A DNA stretch of 64,000 nt from a virus (taxonomy: Duplodnaviria > Caudoviricetes), in the IMG/VR virus record IMGVR_UViG_3300027730_000005. The stretch is one strand, 5' to 3'. Positions 38,619 to 48,150 of the stretch are shown here, piece by piece. Below the pieces are notes generated by a model. The model made no database searches. It was given only the letters and a program-made list of their open reading frames with translations, and was not told the DNA's origin. A program made the position numbers and the translations under genes. Positions within the stretch are counted from its first letter, which is position 1. The number at the start of each line of letters is the position of its first letter.

Positions 38619-39068
38619 TTAGTTTACTAGTTTTTTCCTGAACAGTGCGTTGCTCAAGGGCACAAGACCGCCGGCTACTAATCCATCAACATCATACACA
38701 GAGCCCACATACCACACACCATCTCGCATGATGTAGTAATATTCGGCACCGCTGTCGCTCACACGTTGCATGAAATCTTCAAATGTGTGATCCACTGAAA
38801 ACTCGCAACCATTTTCCTTACGATCGCGACCGTAGAAAATAGTGATACCTTCTGCAGGACTCTCAAACGAATGCTCAACACCTTCGGGGATTTCAATGTT
38901 TTGACACAGGCTTGACACATCTCCTAGGGCCACCAAATGATTGGCCTTGGCACTGTCATAGTGTTCAAGCAGAGTGGCGCCAACCCTGCTGAGATAGCCA
39001 TCCCAGTGAATGTAAATGCTCTTGCACTTGTCACCGTGCATGACACCAACGCGACTACGAGTTCCCAT
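38619..39068 (-). CDS. conserved phage protein (MGTRS...HWDGY family)
   Basis: MGTRSRVG, IYIHWDGY, EYYY. Confidence 0.7.
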   Translation of the reverse strand: MGTRSRVGVMHGDKCKSIYIHWDGYLSRVGATLLEHYDSAKANHLVALGDVSSLCQNIEIPEGVEHSFESPAEGITIFYGRDRKENGCEFSVDHTFEDFMQRVSDSGAEYYYIMRDGVWYVGSVYDVDGLVAGGLVPLSNALFRKKLVN

Positions 39069-39070
39069 GA

Positions 39071-39370
39071 TTATTGACCTTTCATAACGTAGGTTGAAAG
39101 AACCCATTTAGCACGATTCAGCAGTTGGCGCTGGTCTTCCATTATGTTGGCCAGTTGGTCAGAATCGTAAGGGCCAAAAAAGACCATTTCTTGTGCATCA
39201 CTCATCAAGCTCATAGCATACATTGCCGGGCCTGAAAAACGATAGGTCAAACTTTCTTCTACGCACTCACGCATCTGGTCCACGGTAGTACCATACATGC
39301 GAATTTCACGACGGTCTGATTCAGTCATGTCGCGCATGTAGCGGCCTTGGAGGTCAAGCAGTACACTCAT
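39071..39370 (-). CDS. hypothetical phage protein
   Basis: 99 aa; AAGGAG SD; own early promoter. Confidence 0.6.
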   Translation of the reverse strand: MSVLLDLQGRYMRDMTESDRREIRMYGTTVDQMRECVEESLTYRFSGPAMYAMSLMSDAQEMVFFGPYDSDQLANIMEDQRQLLNRAKWVLSTYVMKGQ

Positions 39371-39399
39371 TCGGGCTCCTTTTTGTTAAACTATGCTAT

Positions 39400-39428
39400 A
39401 TTATAGCAAAATGGGAATTTTGGGTCAA
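39400..39428 (-). promoter_or_regulatory. sigma70-type early promoter TTGACC-N17-TATAAT
   Basis: Read directly. Confidence 0.8.
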
Positions 39429-39658
39429 CCAAAAGCTCGGATCATACCCGAAATACCAATGGCTATGCTTACAAGATTAACGGTGATCTGTGGCTTATTT
39501 CCCACACGCCATGCCCAGAGAAAAAACATCACAGTGCCCAGCAGGAATGTAATGATGTTGTAAGGATACGCCGCAGGGCCCACAGCGTTGAGACTGTGAC
39601 CTGCAATGATTAGGACAGCGCCCGACCATTGCAAAATTTCGTTGATGTCTAGTTTCAT
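39425..39658 (-). CDS. small 3-TM membrane protein
   Basis: Hydrophobic 77-aa ORF from MKLDIN; ATG lies 6 nt after TATAAT, probably leaderless. Confidence 0.6.
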   Translation of the reverse strand: MKLDINEILQWSGAVLIIAGHSLNAVGPAAYPYNIITFLLGTVMFFLWAWRVGNKPQITVNLVSIAIGISGMIRAFG

Positions 39659-39664
39659 GTGTAT

Positions 39665-39693
39665 ATTATAGCCGATCTTGCAATTCTGGTCAA
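39665..39693 (-). promoter_or_regulatory. sigma70-type early promoter TTGACC-N17-TATAAT
   Basis: Read directly. Confidence 0.8.
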
Positions 39694-39701
39694 CCAAAAT
39701 T

Positions 39702-39932
39702 TTAAAGGAATTGAACAGTTTGACGGATAGTGCGATTCAACCGGATTATCTTGCTCATGATTTCCTGAAGTTGCTTCTGCAAAATGGGTTCAGCTTCGCG
39801 GGGTACAGCGTTCATGACTGATTGTAAACGCATAGCGTTAGCAACCAACTCTTGCTTCTTAGTCATTTTCTTGACCATGTCAGCATCTACTAGAGCTTGG
39901 CGCCCACCTACTAACATCTGTACTTTTTGCAT
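39702..39932 (-). CDS. hypothetical coiled-coil protein
   Basis: 76 aa; AAGGAG SD; own early promoter. Confidence 0.6.
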   Translation of the reverse strand: MQKVQMLVGGRQALVDADMVKKMTKKQELVANAMRLQSVMNAVPREAEPILQKQLQEIMSKIIRLNRTIRQTVQFL

Positions 39933-39961
39933 GTCAACTCCTTGTTGCTGTTTATGTGTAT

Positions 39962-39990
39962 ATTATAGCCGATTAAACGATTCCGGTCAA
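39962..39990 (-). promoter_or_regulatory. sigma70-type early promoter TTGACC-N17-TATAAT
   Basis: Read directly. Confidence 0.8.
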
Positions 39991-40016
39991 CCAAAATTTC
40001 TGTGAGATTTCACAAC

Positions 40017-40044
40017 AAAAAACCCTGCGCAGGGCAGGGTTTTT
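40017..40044 (-). terminator. intrinsic terminator after porin gene (symmetric, possibly bidirectional)
   Basis: AAAAACCCTGC-GCAGG-GCAGGGTTTTT. Confidence 0.7.
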
Positions 40045-40088
40045 GTGGTTATTTTACAACAATTTGTTGTAAATTTAAGTTGACACAA

Positions 40089-40997
40089 TTAGAAATTGTA
40101 TTCCATTCCAACACCATATTGTTTAACATCGGCCACTGAGTTTACATTATCAATGTTAGCCCAACGACCATGCAGAATCAATGATTTGCTCATCGAGTAC
40201 GCCACACCAAGTGCCTTGGCAGTTACGCCAGTGCTGGTTTCACCGTAGCTGCCCAACAATGCAACTTGTGAATTAAGTGCTTGACGAACACCCACGCTCT
40301 TACCTGTGCTGCCAACACCAGACACTTTGTCATCGCTGTACATGCCAAACACTGTGGTACCTGTTTTGGCCACAGTATATTTGGCACCAAGGATGGTGCT
40401 TGAGCTGTTTACACGGTTGCTGTAACTTGCCACAGTAACAGATACTGGACCTACTGCGTAATCAATGCCGGCAGCATGTGCATTGGCCACACCAGCTGTT
40501 TCGCTGTTGGACACTGCGTAGTTACCTTTGAATCCAGCCACAGTTGGGGTGCTAACAAATACTGCGTTTTGCAAACGGCTACCTTGTGCATTGTGAATTG
40601 TGGCTGCGGATGTACCATACGCATTTTCCATCACATCAAAGTTATCCAACACACGAGTCACACTGTGCTTGTCGCGGCCTAGACCAATGGAACCAAACTT
40701 GCTGTCCAAACTGAACAGAGCAGTGCGATCACCTAGTGTGGTAGCTCCTGGTGCGTCCATTAAAATTCCAGTTTCAACCACTGCACTAGCAGTGATCCCG
40801 CTGCCAACATTGGTTGTGGCCTTAAATCCCAGGCGACTGGAATCATTGGTCAATCGTGTCAATGCACTAGCAGTGCCCAAGGTATAAGATTCTTGATACT
40901 GACGGACTTTGCCATAGATGCTGACTTGAGGGGTGGTTTGTGCCTGAGCAAAACCTGCGGCCAATGCCAGGGCCAATAGTAAAGCATATTTCTTCAT
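40089..40997 (-). CDS. general outer-membrane porin, Burkholderiales/Neisseria type
   Basis: Signal peptide; VSIYGKV, SSRLGFK, FGSIGLGR; C-terminal YGVGMEYNF (terminal Phe). Confidence 0.9.
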   Translation of the reverse strand: MKKYALLLALALAAGFAQAQTTPQVSIYGKVRQYQESYTLGTASALTRLTNDSSRLGFKATTNVGSGITASAVVETGILMDAPGATTLGDRTALFSLDSKFGSIGLGRDKHSVTRVLDNFDVMENAYGTSAATIHNAQGSRLQNAVFVSTPTVAGFKGNYAVSNSETAGVANAHAAGIDYAVGPVSVTVASYSNRVNSSSTILGAKYTVAKTGTTVFGMYSDDKVSGVGSTGKSVGVRQALNSQVALLGSYGETSTGVTAKALGVAYSMSKSLILHGRWANIDNVNSVADVKQYGVGMEYNF

Positions 40998-41073
40998 GAA
41001 GTTTTCCTTTTAAAAAATTGTTGTTATGTACCCGAAGGCACATTCTTACTTAGCTAGTATAGCAATCTAAGTG

Positions 41074-43002
41074 CTATTTTACGACTAAATTGGCTGCTTC
41101 TGCCTCGGTATATGTGCTCGGAATCAAGTTTCCCTGAGTAGGAATTGAATTGGGTGTGCTAGGAATCACTGTGTCTTGTCCAGCCCCAGCAGCATCCAGA
41201 ACAAATATATTTTTACCTTCTCTCAAACAAGCCACTATGGCTTGCCCACCTTGTGTGCTGAGATTGGCAATGGTTTCAAGAAACTGTGCAGGTCCATCTT
41301 GTTCTGTATTGACTCCATAATCAGGCAAACTCTGTACCAAACTCATAATTGGACCGCGGCTGGTTGGATCTAAATTGGCCACGTCTATGCTGGCTAAAGA
41401 AAGATTAGTATTCTCTAAATTGAGATTAGCAGCCATGGAAATAAAATTATTGTTTAATACCAAAGATTGTGTAGGATACAAACTTTCAATACCAGCAACT
41501 TCAGCAGCGGCCACAGTGATCAATGCATTCAGTGCCGCATCAGGATTGGTATAAGTTCCTGCGCCTGGGCCCGGGGGGATGACCACTGTGTCGTCTATAC
41601 CTGTATTATAAACTCCATCCACGGTATTTTGCATTCGAGTGTAGATGATAATTAATGTGTTCAGGATTCCATCTGATGTCATGCTATTGAGTGTGGTGGT
41701 AACATTGGTAAGATCACTAGTGAACGGTACCCCGACTGCTGCACCCAACAAATCAGTTATGACCAATGTCCCATTGGGACCTGTTCCAGTTGCATACGTG
41801 TTGGCATAGAATTCTGCCACAGATGGCGGAACTGCTGTGGTCAATGAACTTATGAGATCAAGGTCTCGAGTGGTCTCCATGTTAGCAAATGCTAACGCCA
41901 ACTGTATCAAACTCATGTTGTTGATATTTTTAATTTGTTGCAAACTCACCTGCATGGCCTTGCAAGCCAATGCCTGATCTGGTGGGATGATCAAACTCAA
42001 TCTTTGATATGTGATCATATTACTACCGCCCAAGATCAACACATATCGTGGCAAGTAAATCAACAACTTTGAATTCACAGCGCCTTGATTGTTGTCGTAG
42101 ATGGCGCGAAGCACAGTCGATGTCTCTTGATTGTAAGTTCTCACTGTGAGACTGGGATAGCTGTTAGGGAATATCTTGACTGGGTTTAACAAGTCAGCCA
42201 TGTTATTGATATTTGGTGTGCTTACTCCAAACACAGCCAGCACCTGTTCTAGTTCTGTGCCGGTCACAGTCAACATGCCCTGATATGCTAGTCGTTGCAA
42301 ATTGTCACTAACTGTGACATTTGGATTTGCAATGTCGTTGATATCGGTTTGGTCAATTCCTGCCTGAATCAATGCATTGCTTACCCCTGGGATGAGATTG
42401 GTCAATGAAGCCAATCGTCTCAACAACGAAGCTGGTGATCCAAAATTACCAAGGTCAGAAAGATCAATCAGTTGTCCCAGCGCAGCTAGATCAGCACCAA
42501 ATGTCGGCATGGCCAAATTCACATCACTAAGATTCCCAGTGATCAAACTGTTCATTGTAGTAAAAGTTGACCCTAGATAAGTCTGACTGTTGATACTGGT
42601 ATTGATATAGTTGTTAGTTGCACTCACATAGCCTTGTGCTGCTGGAAACACCTGTGCAAACACAGTCACGTTGCCATTGCCAAGATAACTGTTGCCTTGT
42701 TCAGTGATTACCCCGGTGAATCCTGAATTCACATTGATTCCCAGATCAAGATAACCCGCAGGCGTATTGTCAGCCAGTGCCGGTACTGTGGTCGAGCAAA
42801 ACGATGCCATATTGGCCAATGTGTTGGCAGTGATGCCAGCTGGTCCTGAGTTGGCTATTGCAGCAAAGAAAGGAGTAAGCAAAGTGGTACCAGTGTAAGA
42901 AGTTACAGCAGCAGTCCAAGTGTTGGCAATTCTGATGCCACCGTTGTTGCTCAGTGTAGCACCAGCAATCATTTGTAAAGGAGTTAGAATACCAATGGTC
43001 AT
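41074..43002 (-). CDS. large T/A/N/G-rich protein, probably virion (baseplate/tail region)
   Basis: 642 aa; directly downstream of the PAAR gene; structural-type composition. Confidence 0.6.
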   Translation of the reverse strand: MTIGILTPLQMIAGATLSNNGGIRIANTWTAAVTSYTGTTLLTPFFAAIANSGPAGITANTLANMASFCSTTVPALADNTPAGYLDLGINVNSGFTGVITEQGNSYLGNGNVTVFAQVFPAAQGYVSATNNYINTSINSQTYLGSTFTTMNSLITGNLSDVNLAMPTFGADLAALGQLIDLSDLGNFGSPASLLRRLASLTNLIPGVSNALIQAGIDQTDINDIANPNVTVSDNLQRLAYQGMLTVTGTELEQVLAVFGVSTPNINNMADLLNPVKIFPNSYPSLTVRTYNQETSTVLRAIYDNNQGAVNSKLLIYLPRYVLILGGSNMITYQRLSLIIPPDQALACKAMQVSLQQIKNINNMSLIQLALAFANMETTRDLDLISSLTTAVPPSVAEFYANTYATGTGPNGTLVITDLLGAAVGVPFTSDLTNVTTTLNSMTSDGILNTLIIIYTRMQNTVDGVYNTGIDDTVVIPPGPGAGTYTNPDAALNALITVAAAEVAGIESLYPTQSLVLNNNFISMAANLNLENTNLSLASIDVANLDPTSRGPIMSLVQSLPDYGVNTEQDGPAQFLETIANLSTQGGQAIVACLREGKNIFVLDAAGAGQDTVIPSTPNSIPTQGNLIPSTYTEAEAANLVVK

Positions 43003-43005
43003 TGT

Positions 43006-43296
43006 TTATCCTGCAAACACAGTTGCACTACCACTAGCTACAAACGTACAACCAGCAAGGCCATCACCAACTCTTGCCAACGGCTTGCCGCCGACAAATA
43101 CTGTAGAACTTCCACTTGAAATTGGTGCCACGTGCGGCGGACATTTCGTGCCTGCTGGACGCAAATGAGGCGTACTGAGATCGCCAAGTCTAGCAGCAGG
43201 TTTTGAATTGACAAATACTGTGGCACTGCCTTGAGCAATGCTAAATCCGCTGCAATGTGGAACTCCTTGATCACCCAATCTCGCTACTGGTCGCAT
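43006..43296 (-). CDS. PAAR-repeat spike-tip protein (T4 gp5.4-like)
   Basis: PVARLGD, PAARLGD, PLARVGD with His/Cys Zn ligands; GGAG SD before MRPVAR. Confidence 0.92.
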   Translation of the reverse strand: MRPVARLGDQGVPHCSGFSIAQGSATVFVNSKPAARLGDLSTPHLRPAGTKCPPHVAPISSGSSTVFVGGKPLARVGDGLAGCTFVASGSATVFAG

Positions 43297-43486
43297 ACGC
43301 TTTCTCCATAAGTCTATTAAACAGACCCAGCCAGGCGTCAATTTCTTTGTGCTGCTGTTGAGTATGCGGCTCCGGAGGGATTTCCGGAAGAAATTCTATC
43401 ACATGGTCCAGGTCGTCAGGGATATCGTCATAGCAATCGTATACTTCAATTATATCGCGCCTCATGATTACAAATCTGTGTCCCAT
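43271..43486 (-). CDS. hypothetical protein
   Basis: Start MGHRF 4 nt after TATAAATA. Confidence 0.6.
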   Translation of the reverse strand: MGHRFVIMRRDIIEVYDCYDDIPDDLDHVIEFLPEIPPEPHTQQQHKEIDAWLGLFNRLMEKAYATSSEIG

Positions 43487-43514
43487 ATTGTATTTATAGG
43501 AGCAAAAACTCGTA

Positions 43515-43805
43515 TCAGCCCAAATGTATACTGGTGGTGCTTTGCATGTATTGGTCAGCAAATGATTTGTCACTGGCCACCGCAACAGTTACTGTGAGTT
43601 TACTCAAGTTGATATCTTTGTCTGGTGCCACAGTGAACAGGTATGGCATCAACCCTGGTCCCTTGGCACCCATGGCAATTACCATGGGCTTTGACAGTTT
43701 GTAATGTGTAGCAGTTTCTTCATTGAGTCTTGCCACTAATTCTTCACCTGATGTGAGTTTGAGTGTGACTACTTCGCCTGCGCTAACGCCTTTGTCTATT
43801 AACAT
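43515..43805 (-). CDS. conserved T4-like phage protein, possible Sm-like fold
   Basis: VVTLKLTSGEELVARL pattern. Confidence 0.6.
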   Translation of the reverse strand: MLIDKGVSAGEVVTLKLTSGEELVARLNEETATHYKLSKPMVIAMGAKGPGLMPYLFTVAPDKDINLSKLTVTVAVASDKSFADQYMQSTTSIHLG

Positions 43806-43840
43806 AATTTTAAACTTTCTTTTGAATTGACATTTGTAAT

Positions 43841-44086
43841 TTACTCCCCATATCCGCCAGCAGTTTCTTCAATGTATTTTTTTAATTCTTGAAACCCCCC
43901 AATGTGGTTGTTATGTACAAAAATTTGTGGTACTGTTCTTGCTGTGGGCACTGCTTCTAACAAGTCTTCTCGGGTGTATCCGTGCCCAATTTTCTTTTCT
44001 TCATATGCAATATTGCGTTGCTTTAACAAAGCTTTGGCTTGGTCGCAGAATGTGCAATTGTCTTTTGACCAGACGATGGCTGTCAT
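43841..44086 (-). CDS. glutaredoxin
   Basis: CTFC, RTVPQIF, IGGF; follows nrdB. Confidence 0.95.
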   Translation of the reverse strand: MTAIVWSKDNCTFCDQAKALLKQRNIAYEEKKIGHGYTREDLLEAVPTARTVPQIFVHNNHIGGFQELKKYIEETAGGYGE

Positions 44087-44095
44087 ATTTTTCCT

Positions 44096-45196
44096 TTATA
44101 AATTTGGTAGTTGATCATAATCAAGTTCAGACGACATAATACCAATTACGTAGTTAGTTGACTCATTTTCTTGCAAGGCCGTCTGTTTGCTGGATGTTGA
44201 GACATGTTTGTTGAACCATGGAATAGGTGTGCTGCGTGGTGCTGCGGTTTGATATTTGATACCAATGTCTTTGAGAGCACCAACTGCTGTGTAGTCCACA
44301 AAATCTTTGAGAATGTTTGCATTGAGACCAATTACTGGACCCATCTTGAACAAATGCTCAGCCCAGGCTTTTTCTTCACGGATCACATCCTGATACAAGG
44401 CATACACTTCTGCTTCGCAAGCGTCTTTGACCGCAGCAAATCGGTTGTCTTCTTTGATAACTTGGTTGATAAGATATGCAGTCCATCCTTTGTGCAGCAA
44501 TTCGTCTTGCAGAATCAATCCAATAATGTTGCCATTGCCAATGAAGATTTTGTTCTCTACCATGGCCAAGCTAGTGGCAAACGATACCATGAATCGGAAT
44601 GCTTCCAGTGCATAACTGGCATGCAATGCCATCCAAATTGTTCGAACATGTTCACGTTCTTCCACCGGTTGCCCTAGTTCTTTTGCACAGTTGATTCTGT
44701 GTAAGTCATCATAATATCGTCCTACACTTGATGCCATGTCTACAATTTCTGTGGTGTCATGAATGGTATTGAAAACATCTTTAGGCACGTTATAGATATT
44801 ACGAATGATATGGCTGTAACTCTTTGAATGGATATTTGTTTCAAAGAATCCCCAGTTATACATCAATGCTTCTACTTCGGGCAAGCTGCATACCGGCGTG
44901 AATACCTGTGTAGGTCCACGTCCTTGCAAACTGTCCAATGCAGTCTGCCGCAGTAAATTGCTAGTAAAGATATGTTTGACTGCATCACTGGCATCTTTAA
45001 AGTCATTGGCATCTTTGCTGAGACTGATCTCTTCAGGTTGCCAGAAGAAGCCACGTGCAGTGGCTTCAAAGTCTGCAATCTTTTTATACTTGACTTCTTC
45101 AAAGCGTTGAATAGTAACTGGACCTGCTGGGTCCAGAAACATCTTGCGATTCAAATAATCTGTCTTTGTGTTTAGGTTATATTGTGCTTGGCTCAT
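44096..45196 (-). CDS. nrdB: class Ia ribonucleotide reductase beta subunit
   Basis: FWQPEEI, ALDSLQGR, FETNIHSKSY, LEAFRFMVSF, QDELLH, QENESTNY. Confidence 0.96.
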   Translation of the reverse strand: MSQAQYNLNTKTDYLNRKMFLDPAGPVTIQRFEEVKYKKIADFEATARGFFWQPEEISLSKDANDFKDASDAVKHIFTSNLLRQTALDSLQGRGPTQVFTPVCSLPEVEALMYNWGFFETNIHSKSYSHIIRNIYNVPKDVFNTIHDTTEIVDMASSVGRYYDDLHRINCAKELGQPVEEREHVRTIWMALHASYALEAFRFMVSFATSLAMVENKIFIGNGNIIGLILQDELLHKGWTAYLINQVIKEDNRFAAVKDACEAEVYALYQDVIREEKAWAEHLFKMGPVIGLNANILKDFVDYTAVGALKDIGIKYQTAAPRSTPIPWFNKHVSTSSKQTALQENESTNYVIGIMSSELDYDQLPNL

Positions 45197-47025
45197 AATT
45201 TACAACTTTCGCAATCTTCTTCTTCATCAAAATCTATATGTTCTAACATCGGCGGTGCGATTTCAGCATCAGCTTTGCTACCCTGTTTATTCACGAGGCT
45301 ATAATAGAAGGTCTTGAGGCCCCACATATGTGCTTGCATCAAGTTCTTTGCTATCAATGTAGTTGGAACTTTACGGTCAGCGTAGTGTGCAGGGTTATAG
45401 AATGTGTTAGTACTGATACTTTGATCTACATAAGCCGCTAATACTGCTGCGGTTTTTAAGTAACCATCACAGTCTTTTTGTTCCCACATCAATTGATACT
45501 TGTTCTTTAGTTTGTGATATTCTGGAACAACTTGTGTAAAGCTACCTGCTTTACTTTCTTTAACACTAATCAAACTCATGGGCATCTCAATGCCATTTGT
45601 ACTGTTAATAACTACACTACTTGATTCTACTGGAGCAATAGCCATTTGTGTAGCATTACGTACACCGTGTTCTTTCATGTTAACACGTAATGTTTCCCAA
45701 TCTAGTTCTGGAGCAAAGTCAGTTAATTGATTAACACCTTTGGCTCTTAGTTCCCAGGGGAATACTCCTTGACCATATCTTGTCTTGTCGCTACCTTCAC
45801 ACTTGCCTCTTTCTTTGGCAAGTTCTACACTTGCTTCTGTTAGATAGAATGCTAGATGTTCTGCCCAAATTTTAACTTCAGCTAATGCATCTTTCTCACC
45901 GTACTTGAGACTACGCTTTGCATGCCAATATGCTAAGTTAGTTACACCAATGCCCAATGGACGAATCTCATCGTTGCTCAGTTTAGACTGAATGGAGAGA
46001 AAGTCTTGATAGTCAAGAATGTTATTGAGGCTACGATGCAATATGCGACAAGCACGGCGCATATCTTCGGGATTTCTAAACGCACCCCAATTTATACTTC
46101 CAAGTGTACAGAGGGCTATCCTGCCGGTATCGTCATCTAATCGCTTAAAACTTTTTGTCGGAAGTAGGATCTCACAACAGAGGTTGCTTTGATAGATGGT
46201 ATGATACTCTGGATCAAACGGTCCTTGTTTCATTACATTATCTATGAACACAAGATAGATACGTCCAGTGTCAGTGCGCTCTTTCAGTATGCCTGACTTG
46301 AATACTTCTTCTGCACTCATAGTCTTAGTACGCAGGTCTTTGCGCTTTTCATATTTAACATAAAGTTCTTCAAATCTTTCTGTATTTTGATAGAACGCTT
46401 CGTACAAATCAGGAACTTCATTTGGATCAAAGAATGTTATTTGTTCTTTGTTTTTGAATCTTCTCCAGAAGAAAGCACTAAGCACAACCCCATAATCCAT
46501 ATGACGGACTCGGGTTTCTTCTGTTCCTTGGTTGTTCTTAAGGACAATAAGATCATCAAACTGATGATGCCAAATGGGATAAAAAACTGTAGCACTTGCA
46601 TTACGAATACCTCCTTGCGAATTGTGTGTCAATACCATTGGACCATTGCTACTAGAGGAAGCAAAAAAGGTATGAGTATCTTCTACTGTAATATCAATAT
46701 AGCCAGTATCGTTTTGCTGTTCAAAATCAGAAACTAGCAAACGAGTAAATCCTGTTTCAGTGAGAACAAGATGATCGTTAGTAAGTTCCTTAGGTTTTTT
46801 CTGTAAGAACGATCCCGAGTCGCTCCATACCATTATGGGGTGATTTACGGAGCAGTTTAACACAACACCGTTTTCAAACTGCAAACGAACTTGATCTTCT
46901 GTTTTTACAATAGTATCCCACTTGTTAGTTACTGCTTTAAACAATATATCTCCTTGCTCATTTTTTGTTTTAACTTTCATCCCTATCACAAGGTCTTTAA
47001 TCTGAATCTTTTTAGTTTTTACCAT
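45193..47025 (-). CDS. nrdA: C-intein (135 aa) fused to the C-terminal part of ribonucleotide reductase alpha subunit
   Basis: ...VLTHN/SQGGIRNASATVF..., then QSNLCCEI (catalytic Cys), IALCTLGSIN, IAPVESSS, DQSISTN, C-terminal CESCKL. Confidence 0.95.
   Translation of the reverse strand: MVKTKKIQIKDLVIGMKVKTKNEQGDILFKAVTNKWDTIVKTEDQVRLQFENGVVLNCSVNHPIMVWSDSGSFLQKKPKELTNDHLVLTETGFTRLLVSDFEQQNDTGYIDITVEDTHTFFASSSSNGPMVLTHNSQGGIRNASATVFYPIWHHQFDDLIVLKNNQGTEETRVRHMDYGVVLSAFFWRRFKNKEQITFFDPNEVPDLYEAFYQNTERFEELYVKYEKRKDLRTKTMSAEEVFKSGILKERTDTGRIYLVFIDNVMKQGPFDPEYHTIYQSNLCCEILLPTKSFKRLDDDTGRIALCTLGSINWGAFRNPEDMRRACRILHRSLNNILDYQDFLSIQSKLSNDEIRPLGIGVTNLAYWHAKRSLKYGEKDALAEVKIWAEHLAFYLTEASVELAKERGKCEGSDKTRYGQGVFPWELRAKGVNQLTDFAPELDWETLRVNMKEHGVRNATQMAIAPVESSSVVINSTNGIEMPMSLISVKESKAGSFTQVVPEYHKLKNKYQLMWEQKDCDGYLKTAAVLAAYVDQSISTNTFYNPAHYADRKVPTTLIAKNLMQAHMWGLKTFYYSLVNKQGSKADAEIAPPMLEHIDFDEEEDCESCKL
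46621..47025 (-). other. C-terminal fragment of split intein (IntC)
   Basis: IQIKDLVIGMKV; block B CSVNHP; block F YIDITVEDTHTFFA; block G THN followed by Ser+1. Confidence 0.92.
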
Positions 47026-48121
47026 TTTCGTGCTCTTTTCTTGTTATTGTTTCAATATCATTAAATTTTGCAGACATGTCATATTGTTTGACTTTCAGTA
47101 CTGTTTTTCCTCTAGTTGCTCTATAATATTGATCTAATAATTCTTTTGATTTAAAGAATTTACTGTCTACCTTATAGAAAACTTTAGTGGTCTGATTAGC
47201 ATAATCGTTAATATTAATTTGATATTCTTCTTTGTCTATTATAACAGTTTTTCTTTTAGAAATTGAATAAACTACCACATTTCCGGTGTTATGATGTTTA
47301 TATAAATCCCTATCATAATTTTCTTTTTTTACTAATTTCTTCTCTCCTGTTACCCTGTCTGTAACTGGAATTAAACCAAATGTATTTCCAATGTACCGAC
47401 CATTTGAATTGTTGAAATCTTCTTGTGTTATAGTTACTCTAGTGTTAGTGGTTGTGTCGTGTGCAACCACTTTCCCTTTAGTAAGTCCCACATATCTACT
47501 GTCCGCTTGAAATACTGATTTTGGAATCCTACATGATTGTCCAGTCACTGTATCCAATGCTAAGACATAATTCTTAAATTCAGTAGAATGAATGCTAGGA
47601 TCAAAATCTGAAGTATATATCTTTTTAATTCCGGTTTCTGTTCTTATATTCATCATACCTTTTGAAATATGTAGATGTTTTCCAGTAGCAAATTCTTCCA
47701 CACTTACCCGATACGTATTTCCACTAGAATCTTTGCATAATACAGACCCTGCTCCGCAGTTTGAGCCACCTGCAGTTAGAGAGTTTATAAAAATAGAGTT
47801 CTTACCAACTTGATGCTTTTGATGGAATATTTTTTCTGCCGTAAACGCATCACTCCTGGTAGTGAAGTATTCAATTCTATACTCAAATAAGTATGGCATC
47901 TTTTTTAGTTTTTCTTTAAAATCAACTACGGTTGAACTAGTAAAGTATTTTACCAACAAATCGTGCTTATTACAGCCTTCAACCCCACGAGAACCGGAAT
48001 AAAACTTTCCAGTCTCTGTATCTTTAATAGTATAGCAGTAGTAAGCCGAATTTGATAGCATATTAGTTTGTGCTCCGTTGTATGATTCTAGTAAATAATT
48101 TAGCATTTCGTATACCCCCAT
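47012..48121 (-). mobile_element. free-standing GIY-YIG homing endonuclease between the nrdA halves
   Basis: YYCYTIKDTETGKFYSGSR, YFTSS, AFTAE, FIN; C-terminal V-x-D-x-x-TG repeats; AT-rich; own TAAATA motif. Confidence 0.82.
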
Positions 48122-48150
48122 TATTATTTATGCTTGTGTGCGAAAAACTA

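Noticed and set aside
37857-39990. Repeated ~30-nt elements as a CRISPR array
   Set aside because: Repeats are -35/-10 promoter boxes with variable interiors separated by whole genes; no fixed repeat-spacer period and no cas operon
47012-48150. Group I intron in nrdA carrying the GIY-YIG ORF
   Set aside because: Only about 30 nt separate the IntN stop from the endonuclease start, and the endonuclease overlaps the IntC start, leaving no room for a ribozyme core; intein blocks A, B, F and G explain the split
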